A DNA stretch of 64,000 nucleotides from Eledone cirrhosa (Eukaryota), in assembly GCA_964016885.1 (NCBI GenBank), contig OZ024743.1:219356001-219420000 (forward strand), written 5' to 3'. Below, piece after piece: positions 1 through 12,530 of this stretch; positions within the stretch are counted from its first letter, which is position 1, and each line of letters starts with the position of its first letter. A program made the position numbers and the translations under genes. The notes beneath the pieces were generated by a model. That model searched no databases. It was not told the origin of the DNA and worked only from the letters and a program-made list of their open reading frames with translations.

Positions 1-2
1 TC

Positions 3-182
3 CACAAGATGAAGGCCTTGTGTGGTGCCCGTTCCCGCCCCCGCAGTCGCGGGAGATTGCAAAGTTTTAGACGTCGTTCTAAATCACCAGCTTCATCTTT
101 ATGCTGGTACCACGAGCGATTTGCTGAGAACGGGAATCACTGCGTGCAACCTTGCTCCTTTCATAAGGCGGGAAACGCCTAG
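3..182 (+). CDS. gag: C-terminal end of Gypsy gag (partial, begins before the window)
   Basis: A frame not in the ORF track reads HKMKALCGARSRPRSRGRLQSFRRRSKSPASSLCWYHERFAENGNHCVQPCSFHKAGNA*. The RS-rich stretch plus CWYH-x8-C-x3-C is typical of invertebrate Gypsy gag ends. It ends just after GGGAAAC (170-176). Confidence 0.8.
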   Translation, partial: HKMKALCGARSRPRSRGRLQSFRRRSKSPASSLCWYHERFAENGNHCVQPCSFHKAGNA

Positions 183-3100
183 GAGGTCCGCTGATGGGGA
201 CAGCTGACCTCAACATAAAGCCACCAAACCGCCATTTCTTCATTAAGGACTCGTGTCCGGAAGAGGTTTCCTCGTGGATACAGGAGCCTCCTGTAGTATT
301 TGGCCGGTCTATTGCCTGAAAGATACCCCTATAGAGTCATTTGTTACGCTGCAGGCAGTTAACCACTCGTCTATAAAGACGTACGGGCAAATCTCGCTTC
401 CTCTCAAATTCCTAAATCTTCGTAGGGATTTTAAGTGGATTTTTACGGTTGCCGATTTGACATACCCCATCTTAGGAGCGGATTTCCTCCACAACTTCTC
501 TTTAACTGGGGACGTCCGTGGCCAACGCCTGGTGGATAACATCACCGGCTTTTCAATTCATGGCCAGGAAGCCAATGCTCCAATAGTCAGCCCCATGTTC
601 TTCGTCGCTGCCGCTGGAGACGCCTACCATTCGTTGCTGAGTTCTTTCCCGGAGCTCACGGATGGAAATTTTCGAGTCACTGACCCAACACACTCGACCG
701 AACATTTCGTTTCCACCACCGGTGCTCCAGTGTTTTCGCGTCCACGCCGCTTACCGACGGAAAAATTAAAGGCAGCACGGTCCGAGTTCGACCATATGTT
801 GCAGCTGGGCATTATTCGCCCATCTACGAGTCCTTGGGCTTCACCGTTACACATGGTGCCCAAGACTTCCGGCGACTGGAGACCCACTGGGGATTATAGG
901 AGGTTAAATGCCATGACCGTCCCGGATAGGTATCCCATTCCCCATCTCCATGATTTTGCATCTTCACTGCAGGGGTGTAAGATTTTTTCTAAGTTAGATT
1001 TAGTGCGAGCCTACCACCAAATTCCGGTCAGGAAGGAGGATATTCCGAAAACGGCGATTACAACCCCTTTCGGATCCTTCGAATTTTTTACCATGCCTTT
1101 CGGACTCAGGAACGCCCCTAGCACTTTTCAGCGGTTCATAGACGAGGTCACGCGTGGTCTGGACTTCGTTTATGCTTACATAGACGATATTCTCGTCGCT
1201 AGATCCTCTCCGGAAGAGCATATGCGCCACATGCTTCTCTTATTTCGGCGACTTCAGGATTACCGCGTTCGCGTGAATCCAGCAAAGTGTGTTTTCAGTT
1301 CCACTTCCCTAAATTTTTTAGGTCACCTCATCGACGCCGAAGGTATTAGGCCGCTCCCTCAGCGAGTTCAAGCCATACAGGAGTTACCTCCGCCTACTAC
1401 ACTTCACCAGTTGCGTCACTTCTTAGGCCTAATCAATTTCTATAGGCGTTTCGTTCCTCATTGTGCTAATTTGCTATCTTCCCTTACTGACATTTTAAAA
1501 AATCCTCGTAAGAAGAATGAGGATATTTCCTTGACACAAGGACAGCTTCAAGACTTCCAGTCTGCCAAGACAGCACTCGCTAATTCATCTTTGCTAGCCC
1601 ACCCGGTACCAGAGGCCAAGCTTTCGCTTTGTGTTGATGCATCTGATACCGCTGTGGGAGCAGTTTTACAGCAGTCCTACGCTGAAAACCAACAACCTTT
1701 GGCATTTTTCTCGAGGAAGTTGAAACCAGCAGAAACGCGTTATAGCACGTTTGGGCGGGAATTATTAGCCATATATCTGTCGGTGAAACATTTCTCTCAT
1801 ATTCTTGAGGGGAGAAATTTTACAGTTTTTACCGAACACAAACCTTTGACCTTCGCTTTGAGGGCCAAAGCCGACAGATATTCGCCCAGAGAGACAAGGC
1901 ACCTGGACTACGTTTCACAATTTACAAACGATATCCAGCACATTGCCGGCCCGCACAACATAGCTGCAGACGCATTGTCACGTTTGCCAATTAGCCCCAT
2001 CTCGTCATCCCAGGAGATCGACTTAGGTCGTTTAGCTGCAGACCAACCTGCACTCCAATCGTTGGACACTCTTTCTGCTGAATTTGTGACTTGCATTTTC
2101 AAATATCTGCCCTTGTCCACCACCGACAGGCAGATTCTATGTGATGTATCTACTGATGCACCACGACCACTTGTTCCTGAGACTCACTGTCGAATTGTGT
2201 TCCTGGCTTTGCACAACATTTCTCATCCAGGATCTGCTGCCACAGTAAAGCTCATAACAGCCAGATTCTTCTGGCCAAATATGAGGCGCGACATTGCTGC
2301 TTGGTGCCGTTCCTGCATCGCTTGCCAGAAATCGAAGATCCATAGACACATCCGGAATCCACTTGGTACTTTCAGTACTCCAGATGCTCGGTTCCAACAC
2401 ATCCACATTGACATCGTTGGACCTTGGCCATTCAGCAGTGGATATTCATACATATTGACCTGTGTCGATCGTTTTTCGCGATGGCCTGAAGCCATCCCTT
2501 TACAAGACATGACTGCTGAGACTGTAGCACGTGCCCTGGTATCAGGGTGGATTACCCGCTTTGGGGTATCAACTACACTCACCACAGACCGTGGTAGACA
2601 ATTCGAGTCCCATCTCTTCTCTGAGCTCATAAAAATAATTGGAGCTTAATGGATTCGGACCACAGCCTATCAACCTGCTTCAAATGGAATGGTGGAACGA
2701 TTCCACCGCCAATTAAAGGCCGCTCTTCGCACTTATCCAGACTCTCAACGTTGGAGCGAGTACCTTCCTATTGTATTGTTAGGAATTCGGTCATCAATAA
2801 AGGAGGACCTTGGGTTCTCCCCGGCAGAATTACTTTACGGTGCTCCTCTAGCGTTGCCTGGGCAAATGCTTGCCCCTGTTGATCTTGCTTTCCAAGATCC
2901 GCTTTCCTACGTATCCCGTCTGCGTTCTTATTTTCAGGACCTGCCGCCGATGGATACGAGGAAACAAACTGTAAAACCTGCGGTTCCGGGGGATATTGCC
3001 CCGTGGACCCATGTATTCGTAAGGAACGATGCTGTGAGACCACCCCTCACACAACCATACTCTGGACCCTACCGTGTGCTAGCACGTACTGACAAACATT

Positions 3101-3321
3101 TCACTGTCGACATTAAGGGGTCCAGTGAGACAATTTCGGTGGATAGACTGAAAAGGGCACACAATGACGCTCATACACCCGAGCCACAAATACCCCAATC
3201 TTTCTCTCTTGTGCATACACCTGCTCCTTCTGCCCCACCTTCACCTACATACAAGACTACGACCCGTTTTTGTCGGAGAGTCCACTGGCCCAAAAAGTTC
3301 TGCCAAACTATTTTTATGTGA
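170..3321 (+). pseudogene. pol: Gypsy/Ty3 pol (PR-RT-RNaseH-IN) with a 1-nt frameshift near 251 and an in-frame stop at 2647-2649
   Basis: Protease LVDTGA; [22 protein letters not shown]; RNase H DAS...RELLA...ADALSR; integrase [21 protein letters not shown], then GA*WIRTTAYQPASNGMVERFHR and GPY. ORFs 253-2649 and 2689-3321 are in the same frame. Confidence 0.95.
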
Positions 3322-3921
3322 ACTGGCCACTGGAGCCTTATATTTTTTTTGCTGTTCTTGTTATTTATTGATTTATTGTATTGCAATGTACCTCTCATTA
3401 CCATTTCACTGGATGTATATATATGTTTTTCGTTTCCTTTACAACGAACATTTTAAGCTATATTCTTCTATTTGCCGGTTTATAAATTTACCACGTAAAT
3501 TTGCCGTTGAAAACTGCGCATTTATTCAGAATGCTTATTTCTCTGGTCGCTGGCCTCTTGACCCTTCCAGGTCAACGCATTCACAACATCAACAACAACA
3601 ACACAGCTTCATCAACAACCAAAACCAGCAGAACAAGCCAGAGAATTTATTTCTGCAGCACTCTTCCTGTGAGAAATTCCCTTCGGAAGTTGGAAATTTC
3701 ACGTTATACCACAGGCCAGAAACCACCTGCATTCATTCTCTGGAACACATTCTTTCCTGCTGTCATTTGATTGCACACATGTGAACTGTATTTTGAACTT
3801 TGACCTCTTCTCTTACTTTTATTACATTGCATCATAATTTTCATGCCTCTTACATGCTCGCCATCTTACTCCATGCATGCTTCATTCGATTTTTATGTTT
3901 TAAAAATCTGGCGGGGGATAA

Positions 3922-4403
3922 TGTAGCAAGAGTTGCCTCCCTTATCATGACAATCTCATCACTGCTCTCTAGACAGGAAGTAGCTGGAGTTGCTTCCCTT
4001 TGGGGTTGACAGACTCCCTGTTGGTCACTTCCGGTCAAACCCTATAAAAGGAACAGATCAGGACAATCTTTCTCTCTCGCCTCCTGAATTCCAAAGTGGA
4101 TTACACCTGTGACCTTAGCATGAGATGATTCCTTTCTCATAATCCTTCGCCACCAAGAAGAATGCAACCGGCAGCCTAAGAGCCTAAGAAGATGTTAACA
4201 CCTCCTAGAGAAGATCTCTGTTCTTCTCTACACACTTCAGCCTAGGAGTTGTGATCCACGGGTAATGATTCATTTATATTAATCCCTTTGACTTCTATGA
4301 AGTAAAAACATTATCACAACACACACCGGCATTTATTGTCTTTTGTAATAATTTTATATGTACACCGATACTAATCTCCTAAAGTACCATATTATATACT
4401 ACG
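3922..4403 (+). mobile_element. 3' LTR of the Gypsy element
   Basis: Follows a PPT-like GGCGGGGGA (about 3910-3918). Starts TGTAG, contains CCTATAAAAG (4041-4050), and probably ends CTACG (degenerate CTACA). The right boundary is uncertain. Confidence 0.7.
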
Positions 4404-4477
4404 CTAGGCAAAATGATTATTTCTTATTTTTCTGAAGCAACAAGTTGCAAAGTGGTAGTTCGTTGAACTTGCAATAT

Positions 4478-4762
4478 TCTATATACCTGCACACTATGTT
4501 ACATATACCTGCACACTATGTTACATATATCGGCACACAATGTTACATATATCTGCACACTGTGTTACATATATCTGCACACTATGTTGCATATATCTGT
4601 ACACTATGTTACATATACCTGCACACTATATTACGTACATCTGCACACTGTTACATATAGCTGCACACTATGTTACATACACCTACACACTATGTTACAT
4701 ATAACTGCACTATGTTACGTACATATGCATGCCATGTTACATTTATCTGCACTATGTTACAT
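4478..4762. repeat. 22-bp minisatellite (ATATACCTGCACACTATGTTAC)n
   Basis: About 13 degenerate tandem units visible directly. Confidence 0.9.
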
Positions 4763-5224
4763 GTAATAACTGTTTCTACATTTGGCACAAGGCCAGAAAT
4801 TTGAAGTGGCGGGGGGGGGGGGGAGTTGATTGAATCTACACCAGTGCATTACTGGTACTTTATTTTATCAATCCCATAAGGATGAACGTCAAAGCTTACC
4901 TCGACGGAAAGGAGCTGGTCATCAGTTAGGACTGAGGTAACCATGTTTCCATTAGTCTTTCCATGTCAGTTGCAAGTCCTGGTAAAAGAAGAAGAAGGAA
5001 TTTGAACAGAGAAGGAACAGAGCCTGATCAGACATCGATTCAATAAGTTCGCAATTCTACGGCTCCTAGACTGAAAAGCAGAGTTGATCATGGGGGGATT
5101 TGAATTCAAGCAGCTATTGCACTCAGAGCAATTTTAAGAATAAAATATAGTCTGCCAATCACTCAGCTGGCTGTTCTCTATCTTATCCATTCCTTGTTTC
5201 CATTAATAACCATAAATGTACTGA

Positions 5225-5415
5225 TAATTGTTTCTACTTTTGACACAAGGCCAGCAATCACCCAGTACATTACTGGTACTTTATTTTATCGACCCCGTAA
5301 GGATGAAAGGCAAAGTTAACCTCGGCGGGATTTGAACTCAGACCGTAAAGGGACGTAACTATGCTGGAAAGCATGGCGTCCGACTCTCTACTGATACTGC
5401 CAATCCACCGCCCTT
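5225..5415 (-). mobile_element. tRNA-derived SINE, family A
   Basis: Reverse strand has A-box-like TGGCAGTATCAG and B-box GAGTTCAAATCCC, then CTTTGCCTTTCATCC...GGTCGATAAAATAAAGTACCAG. Related copies or fragments near 4770-4910, 5545-5700, 26005-26105, 32680-32860, 36870-36990, 40183-40380 and 62630-62702. Confidence 0.8.
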
Positions 5416-5714
5416 ATAAATGTACTGATAATAAAATCTAATAAATACAGTCGCTTTCTAAGGAACAGAGTTACATTTCTTTCTTTTAAACTATGACAGC
5501 AAGACTTAAAATACTCTTTTAAGGTCTATAACTGCTGATAGAGTTACGTCCCTTTACGTTTTGAATTCAAATCCTGCTGAGGTCAGCTTTGTCTTTCATC
5601 CTTTCGAGGTCGATAAAATAAAGTACCAGTAATATACTGGGTCTATTTAATCAACTTCTCCTTCTCCCAAAATTGTTGGCCTTGTGCCAGATATCATAGT
5701 TGATTATATAAAAT

Positions 5715-6110
5715 TCCATATAGTGAAATGGAAACACATATCACAATACGGTTATATCTGTGTGTATTCACATATTGCGACTGAAAGAATTATCACTATA
5801 TGGTTATATCTGTTTGTTTTCATATTGTGAATCAGATATCACAATATTGTTATATCTGGGTTTTTTTTCCATACTACTAAACAGAAACAGATAGAGATAT
5901 CCCTATATATTTATATCTATTTGTTTTGTTATAGTGAAACAGAAATAGAAATCCTATATGGCTATATCTGTTTCTTTCCCTATAATGAAACAGATATCAC
6001 TGTTTGTATTTTTTTTTCATTTAGTGAATTGGAAACAGATACAACTATATGGTGTATCTGTTTTCTTGCAGTGAAACAGAAACAGATATGACTATATGGT
6101 TGTATCTATA
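5715..6110. repeat. Degenerate ~40-bp tandem repeat (GTGAAACAGAAACAGATATCACTATATGGTTATATCTGT-like)
   Basis: Recurrent GAAACAGATA / TATATCTGTTT motifs. Confidence 0.6.
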
Positions 6111-7390
6111 GGGGAGCAGTCAGCAGAGTTAGGGTTAACAATGACTATAGCGAAGAATTTAACATACATGTTGGTATCCACCAGGGTTCTGTTCTTAGCC
6201 CTCTCCTGTTAATTATCATATTGCAGGCTATAACAGTGGAGTTTAAGACCAAATTCCCATGGGAACTTCTGTATGTAGATGACCTTACACTTATAGGTGA
6301 ATCTATGGTGGAACTCGAGAAGAAATTCCAAACATGGAAGCAGGGCCTAGAAAGAAGAGGTTTCAAAGTCAACCTGACAAAGACTAAGGTCCTTGTAAGT
6401 AGACAAGAAAACAGAACTCAGATCCCTTCAGGAAAAGGGCCTTGCTCAGTATGTAGGAAACGTATAGCTAGAAATTCCATCCTCTGCCCCAAATGTAAAT
6501 TATGGGTACATAAGAGATGTAGCGGGATCTCAGGAAGTTTAGTTAAGAATGTAGGCTTTACATGTAACAGTTGCATCGGGACAGTAAGCAGCAAACAGCC
6601 AGAGGAAACAAGCACTACCAAACTCTGGGAGGGCTAAGTAGAAACAGTAGACAGCTTCTACTACCTAGGTGACCGAATTAGCAGCAGAGGTGGGTGTTCT
6701 GAAAGTACAGTAACCAGGGTAAGGATGGGATGGAAGAAGTTCAGGGAGCTACTACCACTGTTAGCTTTAAAAGGCTTTTACCTCAAAATGAAAGGCAGAC
6801 TGTATGATGCATGCATACGAACAGCAATGTTACATGCTAGTGAGACCTGGGCGTTGTGAGCAGAAGACTTGCATAAATTAGAAAGAAACGAAGCTTGCTT
6901 GCTCCGATGGATGTGTAAAAGTTATATATGCGAACGGCAGAGCATGAGAGGGAGACTAAGCATAAGAGGAATCAAATGCTGTGTGCAGGAGAGGAGGTTG
7001 CGTTGGTATGGATATGTGATGCGTATGAAGGATGACAGCTGCATAAAAAGGTGCAGAGAACTAAAAGTCGATGGAAACCTAGGAGTGGGGAGACCCAAGA
7101 AGTCCTGGGATGAGGTGATAAAAGCTGACCATGACCAAGTGCACCTCTCAAAGGCGATGACATAGGACTGTGACCTCTAGCGTTACACAGTAATAAAGAA
7201 GACCTGACTTCCCATGGGTACAAGCCGAAGCTGAAGCATATAGACAGTATTCCCCCACCGCCTCCCACTATAAAGTGGTCGTGTAGGTGTCATAACAAAA
7301 AAAGCACCTAGTACTCACTGTAAATGAGGTTGGTGTTAGGAAGGGCATCCAGCTGTAGAAATCAAGCCAGAATCAGTTCTGTATGACATG

Positions 7391-7400
<10 letters not shown>
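6110..7400 (+). mobile_element. 5'-truncated, decayed RTE-type LINE
   Basis: GIHQGSVLSP, PWELLYVDDL, Cys-rich insert, ERRLRWYG, GRPKKSW; several stops; 3' end has GTTAGGAAGGGCATCCAGC. Confidence 0.9.
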
Positions 7401-7443
<43 letters not shown>

Positions 7444-7945
7444 GCTTGAATGGATCAAGAAACTGCTAGAAATGGCAGCCTATAACCATTCAACTTAAAA
7501 AGCTCAACTAACAAAGAAATTATGAGCCAAAATATCAAATTAAAAAAACTGAGTTAGTTGTCTAAAGTCTGTTTAGAAGTGTTGACCGTATCTTCTTTAT
7601 ACCTGCTGACGAACCCTGTTTATGGCGAAACATTCTCATCTTTGATTTTGTCCTGGTGTTTTATATATATATATATATATATGTCTGTATGTATATAAAT
7701 TTAGACACACACACATATAAACTTGATATATATATATGGTATACCAAACCTGGATTCCAAAATTTAAATACATTCAATGTTATTACTTTCTTTATTGACA
7801 GTACGGGTTTACTAGTATAAAATATTAATTATAACATTGCTTTTCTTATCTCTTTATAAGATAGTTAACTGGTAGGTTGTTTATCTTGAAAGCTCTGATT
7901 ACATCATTGAATTTCTTGAAATATCAGTAGACTATTATTTTCAGC

Positions 7946-8267
7946 GACATTTGTGGATATTGAGTCACAGACAAGGAGGTTATTGTTGAAGGTTCACCTG
8001 ACTGACATATCAGTTGATAGTCATGAAGGTACCTGGCTATTCTAGTGACATGTAAGACATTTGTGGATATTGGGTCACAGACAAGGCGGTTATTGTTGAA
8101 GGTTCACCTGACTAACATATCAGTTAATAGTCATGAAGGTACCTGGCTATTCTAGTGACATGTAAGACATTTGTGGATATTGGGTCACAGACAAGGAGGT
8201 TATTGTTGAAGGTTCACCTGACTGACATATCAGTTGATAGTCATGAAGGTACCTGGCTATTCTAGTG
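7946..8267. repeat. 110-bp tandem repeat, about 3 copies
   Basis: Near-identical units starting GACATTTGTGGATATTG at 7946, 8056 and 8166. Confidence 0.9.
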
Positions 8268-8881
8268 CCTTAGTCTCAACATTTTTAGAAGGAAACACCA
8301 GCATTCCTTAATGTAATGTGTAATTAACTGTACAGGCCTTCACCTCTTTCTATATTTCTTTGATTAATCTCTATTAATTAGTTTCTTTTGTAAATCATAT
8401 TCATTATATTGTGTTTCTCTGCGATCTTTTAATTTATAGTTCCTCATGATTATTACTTTAATCCTTTAGCATTTAAACTGGCCATATCCAGCCAGAATTC
8501 TCTCATCTCTTTCTGTCCAAACCAGCTGTAACCAGCTGCTCATACTTATGGTGTATGGAAGGGGGAAGGAGGAAGGGTAGGGGCTAAGTGGTGCATACTC
8601 AATGTATGCTTCAACCCAAGTGCATGGGAAAACAGGTCTTTTGTATAACTGCATAACACCAAAGATCTTGATACTGTTTAGATTTGAACATTTCTGAATA
8701 TTTCAAGTTAAGTTGGTAAATGTGTGAAAATTATATTTTGGTGTTTAGTGGTATTGTGCTTGCAATTTTTCATACTAATTAGCATTACCAAATGTTGTAT
8801 TTTCTCATGACTTAAATTTAAATTCAAAATATTTTAAAGTTTGCTTTATTGACCTTTTATCATTTTCTTTGCTTTATATTA

Positions 8882-9289
8882 CGAGGGTAATCCAAAAAGT
8901 AAGGTCTCCAAAGCGATGGGGATGCAGAGAAACTTTTCGTACGGTTGTTGGCAACACTGTTGTGATTGGTGCTTCCTTCACTCCCAAACAAGCATGCACG
9001 CGCTTCGCTGGGATGCTCAATCTTGGCTTGGCAGCCGTTAAGAATGGAGCTCCTGTTACATGCTACCGCCAAGTGCGAATATCGCACAGTTATTATATAG
9101 AGGGCAATCCCAAAAGTAAGGTCTCCTTCCGAGGAAAACATGCGTAAAGATCGGCGGATCACTCTGGATGCTCTCTGCATTTTGGTTCCTGAGGTTTCCC
9201 GAAGCACCATCCACAGGATTTTAATGGAAAAGTTGCAATAACGGAAGTTGTAATATCGGAAGGAGACCTTACTTTTGGGATTGCCCTCG
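8882..9289 (+). mobile_element. Mariner-derived MITE / internally deleted element
   Basis: TIRs CGAGGGTAATCCAAAAAGTAAGGTCTCC and GGAGACCTTACTTTTGGGATTGCCCTCG, flanked by TA. Internal remnant DRRITLDALCILVPEVSRSTIHRILMEKLQ*RK resembles the mariner HTH region. Confidence 0.85.
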
Positions 9290-9414
9290 TATTAAAAGAA
9301 ATATTAAAAGGAATAAAAATGTAGACTAGATAATAACATGTGAGAGAAAGAGTATTTAATAACAGATGAAATAATTTTGTTTGTGAGTCCAAAGGCAAAG
9401 AGAGTCCATTCTAT

Positions 9415-12400
9415 CATCATCATCATCATCATCATCATTTTACGTCCGCTTTTCCCTGCTTGCAAGGTGGGACGGGTCTTATTCAGCACAGCATCTCTCC
9501 ACTCGTCATGGTCCTTCGTCATCTCCACCGTGAGCTTCAATGATCTGAGGTCTGTTCTCACCACCTCCGCCCATGTTTTTTGTGGTCTACCTCTACCACG
9601 TCTTCCTTCAACTGGCATTTCCTGGCACTTCTTCACCCATCGGTCATCCTCCATGCGCATCACATGTCCATACCACCTCAGTCTCCTCTCCCGTACACTA
9701 CATTCTATCCCTCTCAGACACAGTTTCTCTCTCAACACATTTATGCTGGGTCATTCACGCACATCCAACGGAGCATGCTTGCCTCATTTCTCTCCAGCCG
9801 TCGCATATCCTCTGCAGTTGCTGCCCATGTCTCACTACCATGCAGCATCGCGCTCCTCACACAGGCATCATACAACCGGCCTTTCGTATGCAGGGAGAAA
9901 CCCTTCTTCGTCAACAGAGGAAGCAGCTCCCTAAACTTCTTCCAACCCGTCCTTATTCTAGATACTATGGCCTCGGAACACCCTCCTCCCATGCTAATCT
10001 GATCTCCTAGGTACCGGAAGCTATTCACCACTTCTATAGCGCCCTCCTGCATTTGAAAAATGTGTCTATCAATGCGACTTCTACTGTCTAATTTCTCTGT
10101 ACATCTACTGCATACTTATTTCTCCCTACCTGTTAGTTTGCCTGCTATCCCGCTACATCTCTTGTGTACCCAGGATCTGCATTGTGTGCATTTTATAGAA
10201 TTTATGCCAGTTCCTTTTCTGCATATCGAACATGGCCATTTCCCTGACGGAATCAGGGTTTTGTCTTCTTTTCTACTCATCAACACTTTTGTCTTAGCTA
10301 GATTCACTCTCAGTCCTCTTGCTACCAACTGCTGTTTCCATAGCCAGAATTTATTCTCTAGCTCCTCTACTGATTCTGCTATAAGAACCAGATCATCAGC
10401 ATAGAGAAGTTCCCATGGACAGCCAGTCTTAAACTCCTCTGTTATGGCTTGGAGGACTATAATGAACAAGAGCGGGCTGAGGACCGAACCCTGATGTACT
10501 CCTACTTGTATCTGGAATTCCTCACTAAACTCCATTCCTACCCTGACTTTACTGAGAGTACAAAGTTTGCACTGTCCTCACAAGCCATTCCTCAACACCT
10601 AGCTTCCTTAGGGACCACCAGATGACAGATCGGGGTACCCTATCAAAGGCCTTCTCTAGGTCAACAAAGGCTAAGTATAGTGGCTTATTTTTCTCTAAGA
10701 ACCACTCTTGCAATTGTCTCACCAAGAAGAAGGCATCTGTTGTACTCTTCCCAGGCACAAAACCAAACTGCATCTCATCTAGTTTGACGCTTTCTCTAAT
10801 TAGTTGCGCTAAAATCCTTTCTGCCACTTTCATAACCTGATCTATCAGTTTTATACCCCTATAATTGCTCCTCTCCAGAGCATCCCCTTTACCTTTGTAG
10901 CAATTTATGAGAATACTACTGCACCAGTCTTTGGGTATGACACCACCATATATAGCCTGATTGATGATGCGTGCAACCAGTTTAGTGCCTACGTCCCCTG
11001 ATGCCTTCAGCTTCTCAGCAACTATTCCCAATGGTCCGGCAGCCTTACCATTTTTCATTTCCCTAATCGCCTCTTGGACCCTATATTCATCAATCTCAAT
11101 AGCTGGTCCCTCTGTCAGATCTACCAAGGGTAATTTCTCTCTCTCCCATTTGTTTTCCACATTCATCAGTCTCTCATAATGACATTTCCAGGCCTCCTTT
11201 TTCTGATCATTCGTGACACTAAGTACATCGGCATCATCCCGGACACATTTATCTCCAACAACATCCTGATTTGCATTGATACACTGCCTTGCAATGTGGA
11301 ACGCTGCACGCCTCTGATCTTCCCGTTGCAGAACATTGGCAAACCTCCTACTCTCTGCCTCCCTGTGTGCTAAGTACACCTGACGTCTAGCTTCTCTCTT
11401 AGTGGCTGTATATTCTTCCCTACTCCCACCCTTTTCCCAAGCCTTCCATGCTAGTCTTTTGTCTCTAATAGCCTTATCTACTGTGCTGTTCCACCACCAG
11501 GTCACTCTCTGTCTGGTTGGAGCTCTGCTCCAGCCACAAGTTTCATCAGTAGCCTGCAGCAAGTTGTCATGTAAGAAATTCCAGTTATTATCTATGTCAT
11601 ACGTCTCTAAATCGTCTTCTTTTTCGTCATATACATCTTGAAGGGCTTTCCTAAATTTGTATTTTAGTGAAAGGTCTTTTAGCTTCCAGACCTTTCTTCT
11701 CCACACCTTCCTATATGTCTCATTCCATCTCTTGCTTACTGAGATATCACTAACAACTAACCTATGCTGTGGGGTACATTCTTCCCCAGGGTGTGCCTTG
11801 GTATTAGACACTATCTGCCTGTCCCGCTGCCTAACTAGTAAGAAGTCAATCTGGCTTATGTGCTTACCAGATTTGTAGGTTATTAGGTGATTGGCAGGTT
11901 TATGGAAGTTTGTGTTGCAAATAGTCAATGTACCTGCATCACAAAATTCAAGAAGTCTCACTCCTTCTTCATTTCTTGAACCGTAACCGTGCCCACCATG
12001 TACCCCAGTGTAACCATCCTGGAGCTGTCCAACATGACCATTGAAGTCTCCTGCTAGCATAACGATGTCTCCGTCCTCTGTCATTGTGGTTGTTTGCAAA
12101 AGTTGCTCATAAAAGCAGTCTTTCTCATCTTTGCCTAGGCCTGCTTGGGGAGCATAGGCCAAGATGATTGTCAGTAGTCTCCTACCTACAACTAATCTAA
12201 GCTTAATTATTCAATTACTAACTCGAACTACCTCTATTGTCTTATTGATCCATTTCTCAGACAGGAAAATGCCTACTCCCCCTAACCCATCATCCTTACC
12301 TACCCAGAATAGCTTATAGCTAAGACGTTTGCCTACGACTAGTCTCGCAGAGGCACCTCTCCATCTCACCTCTTGCACGCAGCACACATCCACCTGCCTT

Positions 12401-12530
12401 CTCTCCAGCATCTCCGCTATTTCAGCAGATCTACCTCTGAGAGTGCCAACATTAAGTGTTGCAACTCTGAGATGCGACGTCTTCATATTTTGTTGTTGTT
12501 CCTATTTGTTGCTGTGCTGATAAGCGTTTT
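9415..12530 (-). mobile_element. Near full-length RTE-type LINE (APE endonuclease + RT), frameshifted
   Basis: RVATLNVGTL...VQEVRW, AYAPQ, GDFNGHVG, IDFLL, QHRLV (APE); YRGIKL, QFGF, FVDLEKAFDRV, HQGSVLSP, LYADD (RT); (GAT)n 3' tail near 9415-9440. Split over 5 ORFs. Confidence 0.95.

Noticed and set aside
22-207. 61-aa ORF from the track
   Set aside because: Wrong frame; the gag motifs are in the frame ending at 182.
7601-7640. CTGACGA...GGCGAAAC hammerhead-like core
   Set aside because: No stem I partner and a very weak stem II; a relic at best.
4478-8267. Regular repeats as a possible CRISPR array
   Set aside because: Head-to-tail units without unique spacers, eukaryotic context, no cas genes.
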